From NCBI RefSeq assembly GCF_044324785.1, contig NZ_CP172127.1: a stretch of 64,000 nucleotides of DNA; one strand, 5' to 3'. Both the position numbers and the translations under genes were made by a program. Shown here in pieces: positions 10,344 to 21,462 of this stretch. Positions within the stretch are counted from its first letter, which is position 1, and each line of letters starts with the position of its first letter. Below the pieces are notes generated by a model. The model saw only the letters and a program-made list of their open reading frames with translations. It made no database searches and had not been told where the DNA came from. The DNA comes from Escherichia coli (GTDB lineage Bacteria; Pseudomonadota; Gammaproteobacteria; Enterobacterales; Enterobacteriaceae).

Positions 10344-10862
10344 ATGTCCATCCGTTTTGCCCGCAAAGCCGACTGTGCTGCCATTGCGGAAATTTATAAC
10401 CACGCTGTGTTGTATACGGCGGCTATCTGGAATGACCAAACGGTGGATGCAGATAACCGCATTGCCTGGTTCGAAGCGCGGACTTTAGCAGGTTATCCAG
10501 TGCTGGTGAGCGAGGAAAACGGCGTAGTGACGGGATATGCCTCGTTTGGCGACTGGCGTAGTTTCGATGGTTTTCGCCATACCGTGGAACATTCGGTTTA
10601 TGTCCATCCCGATCATCAGGGCAAAGGTCTGGGGCGTAAATTGTTAAGCCGATTGATTGATGAAGCGCGGGATTGCGGGAAGCATGTCATGGTCGCGGGG
10701 ATCGAATCACAAAATCAGGCTTCGCTGCATCTGCACCAGTCGCTGGGATTTGTCGTCACCGCACAAATGCCGCAGGTGGGCACTAAATTTGGGCGCTGGC
10801 TGGATCTGACATTTATGCAGTTGCAACTCGACGAGCGCACTGAACCGGACGCGATTGGATGA
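10344..10862 (+). CDS. mnaT: GNAT-family L-amino acid N-acyltransferase
   Basis: ATG at 10344 (MSIRFARKADCAAIAEIYNH…), 172 aa, GNAT motifs. The ORF-track start at 10110 is an upstream extension. Confidence 0.85.
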   Translation: MSIRFARKADCAAIAEIYNHAVLYTAAIWNDQTVDADNRIAWFEARTLAGYPVLVSEENGVVTGYASFGDWRSFDGFRHTVEHSVYVHPDHQGKGLGRKLLSRLIDEARDCGKHVMVAGIESQNQASLHLHQSLGFVVTAQMPQVGTKFGRWLDLTFMQLQLDERTEPDAIG

Positions 10863-11308
10863 ATCAGTCGCTTACCCTTGCTTTTTTGATTGCCGCCGGA
10901 ATTGGTCTGGTGGTGCAAAACACGCTGATGGTGCGCATCACCCAGACCTCCTCTACCATTCTCATCGCCATGCTGCTGAACTCACTGGTGGGGATTGTGC
11001 TCTTTGTATCTATTTTATGGTTTAAACAAGGCATGGCGGGGTTTGGCGAACTGGTGTCCAGCGTGCGCTGGTGGACACTTATACCTGGCTTGCTGGGATC
11101 GTTTTTTGTCTTCGCCAGTATCAGCGGATATCAGAATGTGGGGGCGGCTACGACTATTGCGGTACTGGTCGCCAGTCAGTTGATTGGCGGTCTGGTGCTG
11201 GATATCTTTCGCAGTCATGGCGTACCACTACGGGCGTTGATCGGCCCAATTTGTGGCGCAATTTTACTTGTGGTTGGTGCCTGGCTGGTGGCCAGGCGCA
11301 CATTTTAA
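10859..11308 (+). CDS. ydcZ: Inner-membrane protein, DUF606 family
   Basis: 149-aa hydrophobic ORF; its start overlaps the mnaT stop (ATGA). Confidence 0.8.
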   Translation: MNQSLTLAFLIAAGIGLVVQNTLMVRITQTSSTILIAMLLNSLVGIVLFVSILWFKQGMAGFGELVSSVRWWTLIPGLLGSFFVFASISGYQNVGAATTIAVLVASQLIGGLVLDIFRSHGVPLRALIGPICGAILLVVGAWLVARRTF

Positions 11309-11542
11309 TCAGAGGATGGTGCCACCTTTGGTTAACTGTTCGTGGCGCGCTTCCATATCTTCTTTATGCTTGCGACCGTGATGAGCAATAGCGGTGCGCA
11401 AACGCTGCTGCTGGGTGTAGCGATCTTCCCGACTTAACTCCGCGTCATCGCTCAGGGCGATTAATAATTCGTTCATATGGGCAATGACGCTCTCTTCAAT
11501 CGCGGCATCCACGCGCGCGATGACTTCATCCAGATGCGACAT
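11309..11542 (-). CDS. ydcY: Small uncharacterised protein
   Basis: 77-aa ORF convergent with ydcZ, the two stop codons abutting; synteny. Confidence 0.7.
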   Translation of the reverse strand: MSHLDEVIARVDAAIEESVIAHMNELLIALSDDAELSREDRYTQQQRLRTAIAHHGRKHKEDMEARHEQLTKGGTIL

Positions 11543-11627
11543 ACTTTCTCCTTAGCCACTTGTGAAATTTATCGATTCATCCAAATGATATAAGTCTGCG
11601 TGGTGCCGTCAAGCCAGTGCGTAAGAT

Positions 11628-11801
11628 TTAAAACAGAGAAAACAACAGCGCCACCGGGAAACTCATCGGCCATGTAGCCCCCACCAGAAAGGCACTTAAG
11701 AAACGGATGCGTTTCTTATCGTGAGAAAGAAACCAGGTGATAAGAAATGCGATTGCTGCCATAACCGCATAAAAAACAAGCATGTGTTGATAGAGAGACA
11801 T
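11628..11801 (-). CDS. ortT: Small membrane toxin-like protein OrtT (YdcX), 57 aa
   Basis: Internal Met of the 73-aa track ORF gives MSLYQHMLVFYAVMAAIAFLITWFL…, which I recognise as OrtT. Confidence 0.75.
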   Translation of the reverse strand: MSLYQHMLVFYAVMAAIAFLITWFLSHDKKRIRFLSAFLVGATWPMSFPVALLFSLF

Positions 11802-11995
11802 GTACGGGCGTCCAGCCAGATGAATAAAACGCGCGCAAATATGCGTCATTTTTTGACGTGCATCAAGTTTTTTAACCGGTTTGAGAAGAAAACATCAAAC
11901 AGCAACTTGCCCTTATCCATCTTCAGAATGAGTATTATTGCGGATTTTCTTAACCCGTACTATACACATAGGGGCAATGATAAAAGGTGGCAAAA

Positions 11996-12091
11996 ATGAA
12001 TGTTTCCAGTAGAACTGTAGTACTGATAAATGTCTTTGCTGCTGTTGGTTTGTTTACTCTTATCTCTATGAGATTTGGCTGGTTTATTTGA
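11996..12091 (+). CDS. yncL: Small membrane protein YncL, 31 aa
   Basis: Hand translation: MNVSSRTVVLINVFAAVGLFTLISMRFGWFI*. Below the ORF-track length cutoff; matches the known small protein YncL. Confidence 0.7.
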   Translation: MNVSSRTVVLINVFAAVGLFTLISMRFGWFI

Positions 12092-12492
12092 TGTAGTGAT
12101 TTTGCACGCAGCACGTACTGTCAGAGAAATCAACTCTCTGACAGTACACAAGATCTTCTCATACTCTCCAGGTTTACAACATTATCCTTAATATTTACTT
12201 CTTTTTGCTGGCATCTACATTGAAATGAGTAGAAAACATCCCCCTACTGTCGTCTATACAAACAGCTTACTGATTCAAAGGGAATCTTGTTTTCACATTT
12301 TTCTATCATCAATACTTTAGACGCGCGGGAGTCTATAAATGCTTTATACTTTCAAGGAATAACGTAAATATAAAAAGATGGCGTAAAGTATATGCATGGC
12401 AGGATGATTGCAACCTCCTTGATGACGCTGTCCCATTGAAATTGCAAACCCCGCACTGGTTATCTTACTCATTTATCATGTAAAACAGACAA

Positions 12493-13302
12493 TTATAGGT
12501 CTCTGAATATCTCAGAAAGATTGAATTTTTTATAGTCCCTCTCTTGAATATTTCCATTTGATATCAATCGATTCATCTCTTCAACAAAATAATTTATATC
12601 ATCACATTTGTTATTATCCGGAAGATCTGAGTAATTATAATTCCACCACTTTATTCTCAACAATTCATCAATAATATTTGAATCAAATCTAAATCTGATT
12701 ATTTTTGCAGGAACTCCTGCAACTATGGCATATGGGGGCACATCTTTGGTAACAACGGAATTGGCAGCAATAACAGCACCATCACCTATTGCGATACCAC
12801 CTTTCAATACAACATCATTTCCTATCCAGACATCATTTCCTATAATCGGATTTTCAGGTTTGGTAATGAATGGTTTCAATGCCCAGCTACGTTCAAACTC
12901 ACTCATAGCAAACTTATCAAATTCACCGTTATAAGTCATCATGTGAGTAGTAAAACGATTCAAAGGATGATTTCCACCCATTATTTTTACATTTGATGCA
13001 ATACTACAAAATCGACCTATATGTATATTCCCTGTAAAATGACAGGTCGGAAATGAAAAAGCGCCGACACTGGAGAAATTTTTTACAGGCATTGTTGAAT
13101 ATTCTTCAGCAATAACATTATCTTCAATTGTTATCTTGTCACCTTTTGAGAAAAGAAATAAATTCCTTTCTTTATACGACTTCTTCCCCTTATGATTTAA
13201 AAAGATTTTATTATCCATACAAAACTCAAAGTGTTTTTTCGTCCACCTGAAGGTAAGGGTTTTATTTTTATCTTCCGTGAATTTATACAATTGAACTTTC
13301 AT
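12493..13302 (-). CDS. Hexapeptide-repeat (left-handed beta-helix) acetyltransferase of the xenobiotic acetyltransferase family, Vat/CatB-like
   Basis: 269-aa ORF in an AT-rich island. C-terminal block IGNDVWIGNDVVLKGGIAIGDGAVIAANSVVTKDVPPYAIVAGVPAKIIRFRFD…LLRIKWWNY closely resembles the Vat(D)/CatB signature as I remember it. True start may be an internal Met. Confidence 0.75.
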   Translation of the reverse strand: MKVQLYKFTEDKNKTLTFRWTKKHFEFCMDNKIFLNHKGKKSYKERNLFLFSKGDKITIEDNVIAEEYSTMPVKNFSSVGAFSFPTCHFTGNIHIGRFCSIASNVKIMGGNHPLNRFTTHMMTYNGEFDKFAMSEFERSWALKPFITKPENPIIGNDVWIGNDVVLKGGIAIGDGAVIAANSVVTKDVPPYAIVAGVPAKIIRFRFDSNIIDELLRIKWWNYNYSDLPDNNKCDDINYFVEEMNRLISNGNIQERDYKKFNLSEIFRDL

Positions 13303-13477
13303 TGTTAATACTTCTACTTATAAATTATTAGGTTAATAACGATACTCTAAAGCCTTATGCGAATCAACTATGACAGGATGAAAAATCACCAACATACATT
13401 TAGATCATAATAACTGCCTAATTTTTCCGCTAGTTATTAATGTAATCATTCTGATACTTAATCACCATTACACTCAG

Positions 13478-13516
13478 AACCTAAAACGATAGTGGCCGCC
13501 CTATAACAGCCACTAA
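13478..13516 (-). terminator. Putative patD terminator hairpin
   Basis: Inverted repeat tagtggc / gccacta just downstream of the patD stop, with a T-run following on the minus strand. Confidence 0.4.
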
Positions 13517-13524
13517 CATTTAAC

Positions 13525-14949
13525 TTAATGTTTAACCATGACGTGGCGGACGACGGTGTAATCCTCCAGCCCATAAAGTGACATATCCTTGCCGTAACCA
13601 GAAAGTTTCTGCCCACCGTGCGGCATTTCACTTACCAGCATGAAATGGGTATTGACCCAGGTACAACCATATTGCAGCCGCGCGCTGACGCGATGCGCCC
13701 TGCCCACATCTTTCGTCCATACCGAGGATGCAAGTCCGTACTGGCTGTCATTTGCCCAGTTCACCACCTGTTCTTCGTTGTCGAAATGCGTAACACTCAC
13801 TACCGGACCAAATACCTCTTTTTGCACGATGGCATCGTCCTGTAATGCGCCAGCCAGTAGCGTCGGCGCATAGTAATAGCCATTACCCTTGCGCTTTTCA
13901 CCGCCAGTGATCACTTTGATGTGCCCTGTCGCTTTCGCCTCTTCTACCGCTTTGCTGACGCGTTCGAGATGCGCCAGCGAGCTTAAAGGTCCAAGCTCCG
14001 TAGACTCGTCATCCGGTGCACCAGATTTTAACGTTGCCACTGCAGCACCGAGTTTTTCCACCAGCGTATCGTAAATACCTTTTTGCGCGTAGATCCGACA
14101 AGCCGCAGTACAATCCTGTCCGGCATTGTAATAGCCAAAAGTACGTACACCTTCGGCCACCGCTTCAATATCCGCATCATCAAAAACTATCACTGGCGCT
14201 TTGCCTCCAAGTTCCATATGAGTACGCTTTATGGACGGCGCGGTATGGCTGATGATGTGCTCGCCAGTGGCGATAGAGCCCGTCAGTGACACCATCCGCA
14301 CTTTGGGATGTCCGGTCAGCGGATCGCCCACCGTTTTGCCTCTGCCAAACAGTACGTTAATCACGCCTGCCGGGAAGATATCTTTCGCCAGCTCTGCCAA
14401 CTTCAACGCTGTCAGCGGGGTAATTTCTGATGGTTTGAGCACTACGCAGTTCCCTGCCGCCAGCGCCGGAGCCAGTTTCCACGCAGCCATCATCAGCGGA
14501 TAATTCCACGGTGCGATAGAAGCCACGACCCCCAACGGATCGCGACGGATCATCGAAGTATGACCTTCAAGATATTCACCTGCCGCCAGACCATGCAGGC
14601 AGCGAGCTGCTCCGGCGAAAAAGCGAAAGACATCGACAATCGCCGGAATTTCATCATTGAACGCACTATGCAGCGGTTTACCACAGTTACGGGACTCCAG
14701 TTCGGCAAAAACCTGACCATTTTCTTCGATAACATCAGCCAGTTTCAGCAGGCATTCCGCACGCGCTTTCGGCGTGGTTTGCCCCCATTCGGCAAATGCT
14801 GCATCTGCCGCGCGCACAGCAGCATCCACCTGTTCTGCGGATGCCTCGGAAATCTCCAGTAAAACGTCCCCCGTTGCCGGATTATAGACAGGCTGTTTTT
14901 CCCCTTCGCCGCTAACCAGTTCTCCGTTTATCAGTAACTTATGTTGCAT
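13525..14949 (-). CDS. patD: Gamma-aminobutyraldehyde dehydrogenase (aldehyde dehydrogenase family)
   Basis: 474-aa [21 protein letters not shown]…; ALDH catalytic motifs; synteny with ydcSTUV. Confidence 0.9.
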   Translation of the reverse strand: MQHKLLINGELVSGEGEKQPVYNPATGDVLLEISEASAEQVDAAVRAADAAFAEWGQTTPKARAECLLKLADVIEENGQVFAELESRNCGKPLHSAFNDEIPAIVDVFRFFAGAARCLHGLAAGEYLEGHTSMIRRDPLGVVASIAPWNYPLMMAAWKLAPALAAGNCVVLKPSEITPLTALKLAELAKDIFPAGVINVLFGRGKTVGDPLTGHPKVRMVSLTGSIATGEHIISHTAPSIKRTHMELGGKAPVIVFDDADIEAVAEGVRTFGYYNAGQDCTAACRIYAQKGIYDTLVEKLGAAVATLKSGAPDDESTELGPLSSLAHLERVSKAVEEAKATGHIKVITGGEKRKGNGYYYAPTLLAGALQDDAIVQKEVFGPVVSVTHFDNEEQVVNWANDSQYGLASSVWTKDVGRAHRVSARLQYGCTWVNTHFMLVSEMPHGGQKLSGYGKDMSLYGLEDYTVVRHVMVKH

Positions 14950-14970
14950 AGCATATTCCTGTATCAGTGG

Positions 14971-15765
14971 TTATTGACCATTGTCGCCTTCGCGGGTTAG
15001 CCACCAGGCTCCCAGGATCGGCAAGGTTGTTACCAACATAACCAGCAGTGCCACCACGTTGGTTACCGGTACATCACGCGGTCGCCCAAGCTGATTGAGC
15101 AACCACAACGGTAACGTTCGTTCATGACCTGCCGTAAAGGTCGTCACGATGATTTCATCGAACGACAAGGCAAACGCCAGCATTCCTCCTGCCAGTAGCG
15201 CCGAACTGAGATTCGGCAACACTACGTAGCGGAAGGTTTGCCAGCCATTGGCCCCAAGATCCATTGACGCCTCAACCAGACTCCAGGAGGTGCGGCGAAA
15301 ACGGGCGATGACATTGTTAAACACCACCACTACGCAAAAAGTCGCATGACCGACCACGATGGTGAAAAATCCCGGCTCCAGATCGATGGTTTTAAAGGCG
15401 GTTAATAGCGCCAGACCAGTGACAATGCCCGGCAGCGCAATGGGCAGCAGCAGTAACAGCGAAATGGCGTTTTTGCCGAAAAAGTCTCGTCGCCACAGCG
15501 CGGCAGCGGCCAGCGTCCCTAACACCAGCGCAATTAATGTCGCCAGCGCCGCCACTTTAAGTGACAGTGTCACGGCATCAAGAATATCACTACGCTGTGC
15601 TGCCACGCTAAACCAGCGCAGCGTCAGGCCTTGCGGTGGAAAACTAAACGCCGCATCTTCAGTGTTAAACGCATAGGCGGCGATAATCAGGATGGGAAAA
15701 TGTAGGAAAACTACGCCGCCCCAGGCCGCCAGTTTGAGGAAAAACGGTGCGCGTTCAGAGTGCAT
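14971..15765 (-). CDS. ydcV: ABC transporter permease
   Basis: 264-aa multi-TM ORF; last gene of the ydcSTUV operon. Confidence 0.9.
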   Translation of the reverse strand: MHSERAPFFLKLAAWGGVVFLHFPILIIAAYAFNTEDAAFSFPPQGLTLRWFSVAAQRSDILDAVTLSLKVAALATLIALVLGTLAAAALWRRDFFGKNAISLLLLLPIALPGIVTGLALLTAFKTIDLEPGFFTIVVGHATFCVVVVFNNVIARFRRTSWSLVEASMDLGANGWQTFRYVVLPNLSSALLAGGMLAFALSFDEIIVTTFTAGHERTLPLWLLNQLGRPRDVPVTNVVALLVMLVTTLPILGAWWLTREGDNGQ

Positions 15766-16696
15766 CGAACGCTCCCAGACGTTTCACGAACGCCAGGTAC
15801 AGTGCGATGAGAACAATCGGCACCAGGGTGAATGCCGCCGCCATCGGCATATTGCCAATCGCCCCCTGCTGGGAATAAACCATATTGCCGATAAAATATC
15901 CTGGCGGGCCAACCAGCTGCGGGACGATAAAATCGCCCAGTGTGAGTGAGAAGGTAAAGATAGAGCCAGCGGCAATACCCGGGATCGCCAGCGGCAGCAC
16001 CACATAGCGAAAGGTTTGCCGTGGACGTGCGCCGAGATCAGCTGACGCCTGCAACAATGACGGCGGCAAACGCTCAAGCGCCGCCTGCACGGGCAGGATC
16101 ATGAACGGCAGCCAGATATAGAGAAACACCAGAAAGCGCCCCAGCCCGGAAGTTGACAGCGTATTGCCGCCCACCGCTGGTAATGTAAGGAACGCAGTCA
16201 GCAGTGGTTCCAGCCCCAGATGTTGTAAAAACCACTGAGCCACGCCATCTTTTGCCAGCAATAACGTCCAGGCATAGGCTTTAACAATGTAGCTCGCCCA
16301 CATCGGCAACATTACCGCGATATAAAAAAACGCTTTCATTTTTCCGCTGGTATAGCGCGCCATATACCACGCCATTGGAAAAGCCAGAATGGCGCTGGCG
16401 ATAGTGACTGCCACAGCCATAGTCAGCGTGCGGAGAATGATGTCGTAATTCGCCGGATTAAACAGCGCACGGATATTCGCCAACGTCAGTTCCGGCGTTA
16501 CCGACATGGTGAAATCGTCAAAGGTATAAAAGCCCTGCCATAACAGCGTTAGCAGCGAGCCGAAATAGACAATGCCAAACCACATTAGCGGGCCAAGCAG
16601 CAGTAAAAACAGCCCCAGCCCCGGATTATGCCAGAAGAAACCGGACACCTTACCCAGACCTGGACGTGAAGGTGATTGCAATACATTCATCGCCAT
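15755..16696 (-). CDS. ydcU: ABC transporter permease
   Basis: 313-aa multi-TM ORF; overlaps ydcV by 11 bp. Confidence 0.9.
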   Translation of the reverse strand: MAMNVLQSPSRPGLGKVSGFFWHNPGLGLFLLLLGPLMWFGIVYFGSLLTLLWQGFYTFDDFTMSVTPELTLANIRALFNPANYDIILRTLTMAVAVTIASAILAFPMAWYMARYTSGKMKAFFYIAVMLPMWASYIVKAYAWTLLLAKDGVAQWFLQHLGLEPLLTAFLTLPAVGGNTLSTSGLGRFLVFLYIWLPFMILPVQAALERLPPSLLQASADLGARPRQTFRYVVLPLAIPGIAAGSIFTFSLTLGDFIVPQLVGPPGYFIGNMVYSQQGAIGNMPMAAAFTLVPIVLIALYLAFVKRLGAFDAL

Positions 16697-17710
16697 TCAC
16701 CTCTCCTCAACCAGCGGTACCATCACATCACGCGACCAGGAAACCATCACCTGTTGTCCGGGCGTGAGCGCGGCAGGCAGTTCTTCGCCTGTCATATTGG
16801 CCTGACTCACAAGCAGTTTTTCACCGCCGTTCAATTTCAGTTCAAAACGAGTTGCCGCGCCCTGATATTGCACCGCCTGGATCGTGCCATTGGCCTGCAG
16901 TTCACCAGGGGTGTTGAGGCGGATATGTTCCGGTCGCAGGGCGAAGCTTCCCGTCATGCCACAAAGTTTCTCTGCCATCAGTCCATCAAAAACATTCGAT
17001 GTCCCAACGAATCCCGCAACAAACGGCGTGCGCGGGCGCATATAGAGATCGCGCGGGGAATCGACCTGCTCAATGCGACCATTGTTGAATACCGCCACAC
17101 GATCGGACATCGATAACGCTTCGCCCTGATCGTGGGTAACGAAGATAAAAGTGATACCGAGAGACTGTTGCAGCTTTTTCAGTTCCAGCTGCATCTGCTC
17201 ACGCAATTTGAGATCCAGTGCGCCGAGCGGTTCATCCAACAGCAATACGCGCGGTTCATTCACCAATGCTCTGGCGATAGCAACCCGCTGGCGCTGACCA
17301 CCAGAAAGTTGTGACGGTTTACGTTGCTGTATAAACCCCAACGCCACTTTCTCCAGCGCCTCTTGCGCCATTGCGTGCCGCTGCTTTTTATTCACGCCTT
17401 TGACCATCAGCCCATAGGCGACATTGTCAAGAATCGACATATGCGGGAATAGCGCGTAGTCCTGAAAGACAGTATTCACGTCCCGCTCCCACGGTGGCAG
17501 ATTGCTGGCGGGTTTACCAAAGATAGAGATAGCCCCGCCGGAAAGCTGTTCGAAGCCAGCAATCAGGCGCAGGCAGGTGGTTTTGCCGGAGCCGGACGGC
17601 CCCAGCATAGAGAAGAACTCACCATCTTTTATCGCAATACTGACGCCATCTACTGCGCGCACGTCACCGTACAACCGCGAGACGTTGTCAAACTCCACTG
17701 CGTACGTCAT
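16697..17710 (-). CDS. ydcT: ABC transporter ATP-binding protein (PotA-like)
   Basis: 337-aa ORF with Walker A GPSGSGKTT, signature LSGGQRQR and Walker B LLLDEP. Confidence 0.9.
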   Translation of the reverse strand: MTYAVEFDNVSRLYGDVRAVDGVSIAIKDGEFFSMLGPSGSGKTTCLRLIAGFEQLSGGAISIFGKPASNLPPWERDVNTVFQDYALFPHMSILDNVAYGLMVKGVNKKQRHAMAQEALEKVALGFIQQRKPSQLSGGQRQRVAIARALVNEPRVLLLDEPLGALDLKLREQMQLELKKLQQSLGITFIFVTHDQGEALSMSDRVAVFNNGRIEQVDSPRDLYMRPRTPFVAGFVGTSNVFDGLMAEKLCGMTGSFALRPEHIRLNTPGELQANGTIQAVQYQGAATRFELKLNGGEKLLVSQANMTGEELPAALTPGQQVMVSWSRDVMVPLVEER

Positions 17711-17727
17711 AAAACACCCCAGCGAAG

Positions 17728-18873
17728 TTAGCGACCGCCCATAATGGCAATGTAATCCTGCGTCCAGCGACTGTAGGGAACAAACTTGCCCCCTTCTGCT
17801 ATAGGCGTTTTCCAGAAGGCGATTTTATCGAAATAGTTAAAACCGTTGGTTTCACAACCTTTTTCGCCTAATAACGGACTGGCTTTACACCCTTCCGGCA
17901 CTACCGGTAACGAGCCAAACCAGGCCGCCACATCACCCTGCACTTTTGGCATTAATGACCAGTTCATCCATTTGTAGGCGCAAACCGGATGTTTCGCTTC
18001 GCTATGTAGCATGGTGGTGTCAGCCCAACCGGTAACGCCCTCTTTCGGGAAAACGGTAGCGACAGGCTGGCCTTCGGCTTTCAAGGCGTTGGCCTGATAG
18101 GGCCAGGCACTGGAAGCAACCACACCCTCGTTTTTGAAATCGCTCATTTGCACGGTAGTGTCATGCCAGTAGCGATGGATCAAACTATGTTGATCGCGCA
18201 GCACTTTCAGCACCGCCTGGTACTGTTCTTCGGTGAGTTGATACGGATCGCTGATGCCCAACTGCGGCTGAGTGGCTTTAACGAACAACGCAGCGTCCGC
18301 AATGTAGATAGGGCCATCATAAGCCTGGACGCGGCCTTTATTGCTCTTGCCGTCCGGCAGATTCTGCTCAACAAAAACCACTTGCCAGCTATCCGGCGGC
18401 GTCGGGAAGGTTTTAGTGTTGTACATCAGCAGGTTCGGCCCCCATTGGTAAGGTGTGCCGTAAACTTTGCCACTAACGTTAAACCAGTCGCCTTTAACCA
18501 CGCGCGGATCGAGCGTTTTCCAGTTGGGAATCAATGCGGTATTAATCGGCTGCACGCGTTTGCCCATAATCAGGCGCAGCGAGGCATCGCCGGATGCCGT
18601 AACCAGATCGTAACCCCCTTTGGCCATCAGACTGACCATTTCATCAGAAGTCGCGGCGGTTTTAACATTCACCGCGCAGCCTGTCTCTTTTTCGAACTGC
18701 GTTACCCAGTCGTATTGTTTATCAGTTTGTCCGCGTTCGATGTATCCCGGCCAGGCGATAATATCCAGTCGCCCTTCCGGTTTATCTAAATTGGTAGGTG
18801 GTTCGGCGGCGTGAGCGGTCATTATTGTCATGGTGAGCGCACACAGGCTGCTGCGGGCAAATGTCTTGCTCAT
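17728..18873 (-). CDS. ydcS: Periplasmic polyamine-type substrate-binding protein
   Basis: 381-aa ORF with signal peptide; PotD/PotF-like. Confidence 0.9.
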   Translation of the reverse strand: MSKTFARSSLCALTMTIMTAHAAEPPTNLDKPEGRLDIIAWPGYIERGQTDKQYDWVTQFEKETGCAVNVKTAATSDEMVSLMAKGGYDLVTASGDASLRLIMGKRVQPINTALIPNWKTLDPRVVKGDWFNVSGKVYGTPYQWGPNLLMYNTKTFPTPPDSWQVVFVEQNLPDGKSNKGRVQAYDGPIYIADAALFVKATQPQLGISDPYQLTEEQYQAVLKVLRDQHSLIHRYWHDTTVQMSDFKNEGVVASSAWPYQANALKAEGQPVATVFPKEGVTGWADTTMLHSEAKHPVCAYKWMNWSLMPKVQGDVAAWFGSLPVVPEGCKASPLLGEKGCETNGFNYFDKIAFWKTPIAEGGKFVPYSRWTQDYIAIMGGR

Positions 18874-19117
18874 AAAGTCTTACTCCTGTCGTAATTAATT
18901 GTTCAGCCGCCGTGCCGTAAAAATATCTCCTTGTTTAACCATAGACGGCGGCTAGCAGGCACACCTTCGCCCCTGAGAAAATTTAATCAGGTTGTGAGCT
19001 ACCGCGCATTATGCCGTCTGTAAGGTTATCTTCTGGAGTATAGACAAGGAGTTAGGAATTATGACTGCTATTCGAAATTCATATTACCCAACCTGAGAGG
19101 AATTTAATTAAACGCTA

Positions 19118-20524
19118 TTACAGCCGTTCTTGAATAAGTTTGCCTAATTGTTTAACCGCCTGTTCTTCGCGCTCGCCCCACTGCCACGCGGTATTAAAAC
19201 GGAAAAAACGTGACCAGTTTTCACCGGTAGAAAACATTTTACCCGGCGCAATACTGATATGATGCGTCAGTGCCGCCTGGCTTAATTCGCCCGCATCTAA
19301 CGGCGCGGGGAGCTCCAGCCAGAGAAAATAACCGCTGTCATTATGATGAATTTTCACTTCCGCAGGCAGATAACGCAGCAGTGCCTGCCAGGCACGTTGT
19401 TTACGTTCCGCGAGCTGGCGACGCAAGCGACGAAGATGGGCGTCGTATCGGCGCGTGGAAAGGTAATCCACCAGTGCAAGCTGCATCGGTGAGCTGGTGG
19501 AAAGCGTACTCATCAACTGCAAGCGTTGAATTTTACGTGCATGTTTTCCGGCGGCGACCCAACCAATACGAAAACCAGGCACCAGGCATTTCGAAAACGA
19601 AGAGCAATGCAAAACACCATCGTGGTGATCCCACGCTTTCGCAGGCAGCGGTTTTTCCCGTCCAAAATAAAGTTCGCTATAAACGTCATCTTCAATCAGC
19701 GTTACGTTGTACTGATTGAGCAACGCTACCAGCCGCGCTTTTTTCTGCGGCGTTAAGGTAAATCCGAGTGGATTCTGGCTATTAGTCATCAGCCAGCACG
19801 CTTTCACCGGATACTCCTGCAACGCCAGTTCCAGCGCCTTGAGATCAATCCCTTCTTTAACGTCCGTCGCCACCGATAACGCCTTCAGCCGTAACCGCTC
19901 CAGCGCCTGCAACGCGCCGTAGAAACAAGGATTCTCTACTATCACCCAATCGCCCGGTTCAGTGACCGCTTGTAAACTGAGGTTTAATGCCTCTAACGCC
20001 CCGGCGGTAATGACAATTTCATCAGGAGAAATAGTGATGCCCTGTAAGGCATAGCGACGAGCAATAGCCTGACGCAGTTCTGCGTTTCCTGGCGGTAAGT
20101 TTTCAATCACGCTCATCGCCGTGGCGGTTTTGCTTACCTGCGCCAGCGAGCGGTTTAGTTGTTGGAGGGGGAAAAGTCGCGGGTCGGGAAAGGCCGAGGC
20201 AAACGGAACGACCGACGGGTCGCGACTGGCCTGCAACATATCAAAAATATAGGTGTTGATATCGACTGCTTCATCTCGAGTGACTGGAATGACTGGCGCT
20301 TTCGGCATTTTTATTGCCTGTGGCGCAACGTAATAACCCGACTGCGGTCGCGCGATAATATGTCCCTGACTTTCGAGCAACTGATAGGCATGGCTGACAG
20401 TCATAAAGCTCATGCCAGAAAGCGCCACCTGGTCACGCAACGAAGGCAAACGATCGCCGGGTTGCCAGATACCCGACGCAATCTGCTCGCGTAATTGTTC
20501 TGCAAGCTGCTGGTATTTTTTCAT
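19118..20524 (-). CDS. ydcR: MocR-family regulator (GntR HTH fused to aminotransferase-like domain)
   Basis: 468-aa ORF; N-terminal HTH and class I aminotransferase-like C-domain. Confidence 0.9.
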   Translation of the reverse strand: MKKYQQLAEQLREQIASGIWQPGDRLPSLRDQVALSGMSFMTVSHAYQLLESQGHIIARPQSGYYVAPQAIKMPKAPVIPVTRDEAVDINTYIFDMLQASRDPSVVPFASAFPDPRLFPLQQLNRSLAQVSKTATAMSVIENLPPGNAELRQAIARRYALQGITISPDEIVITAGALEALNLSLQAVTEPGDWVIVENPCFYGALQALERLRLKALSVATDVKEGIDLKALELALQEYPVKACWLMTNSQNPLGFTLTPQKKARLVALLNQYNVTLIEDDVYSELYFGREKPLPAKAWDHHDGVLHCSSFSKCLVPGFRIGWVAAGKHARKIQRLQLMSTLSTSSPMQLALVDYLSTRRYDAHLRRLRRQLAERKQRAWQALLRYLPAEVKIHHNDSGYFLWLELPAPLDAGELSQAALTHHISIAPGKMFSTGENWSRFFRFNTAWQWGEREEQAVKQLGKLIQERL

Positions 20525-20602
20525 TATCGAATCGTAATTATGTGCAGATGATTCGGCAGTCTATATCAGTTGTTAAAAATGACAACTTTTCATTAACTGT
20601 TA

Positions 20603-21019
<417 letters not shown>

Positions 21020-21064
21020 AATTTCGACTGTCTCTCGCATGTCATTAACCTTTCTAATTGGCGA

Positions 21065-21241
21065 TTAACTCAAACCGAGTTGTTTCAGGATTGCTTTACG
21101 CAATGGTTCTTTAATCTCATCGCAGGGGTGACGCGGCATGACACTGCGCCTCCCATGAAACCTGAGTTTCAAATGGTTGCTGCCATTCGCTACATCGACG
21201 CCCTGAGATTCGAGCCAACGTCTGAACTCGCTTTGTTTCAC
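21065..21241 (-). CDS. hicA: HicA mRNA interferase toxin, 58 aa, GTG start
   Basis: Hand translation of the minus strand: (GTG)KQSEFRRWLESQGVDVANGSNHLKLRFHGRRSVMPRHPCDEIKEPLRKAILKQLGLS*. Absent from the ORF track because it is under 60 aa and lacks an ATG start. Confidence 0.8.
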   Translation of the reverse strand: MKQSEFRRWLESQGVDVANGSNHLKLRFHGRRSVMPRHPCDEIKEPLRKAILKQLGLS

Positions 21242-21462
21242 ATCGCCTCCCTGCCGCTGAGTATATCAACAAAGTAAACATTAGTGTTTACCTCCGTGTG
21301 TAATTTGCTCGAAAATAGCACTAAATCGCCGCAACGGCAGAATGCAATGCAAAATCAGGAAGGAAGATTCCAGAATTTCTTTGCGCTAATTTGCAAAACT
21401 GAATAATAACCTCAAGAAACGATCGGCATCATAGCGGCAAAAGGTAAGAAAAAGGTGGCAGG

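Noticed and set aside
18148-18789. 213-aa + strand ORF
   Set aside because: Antisense to ydcS (periplasmic binding protein).
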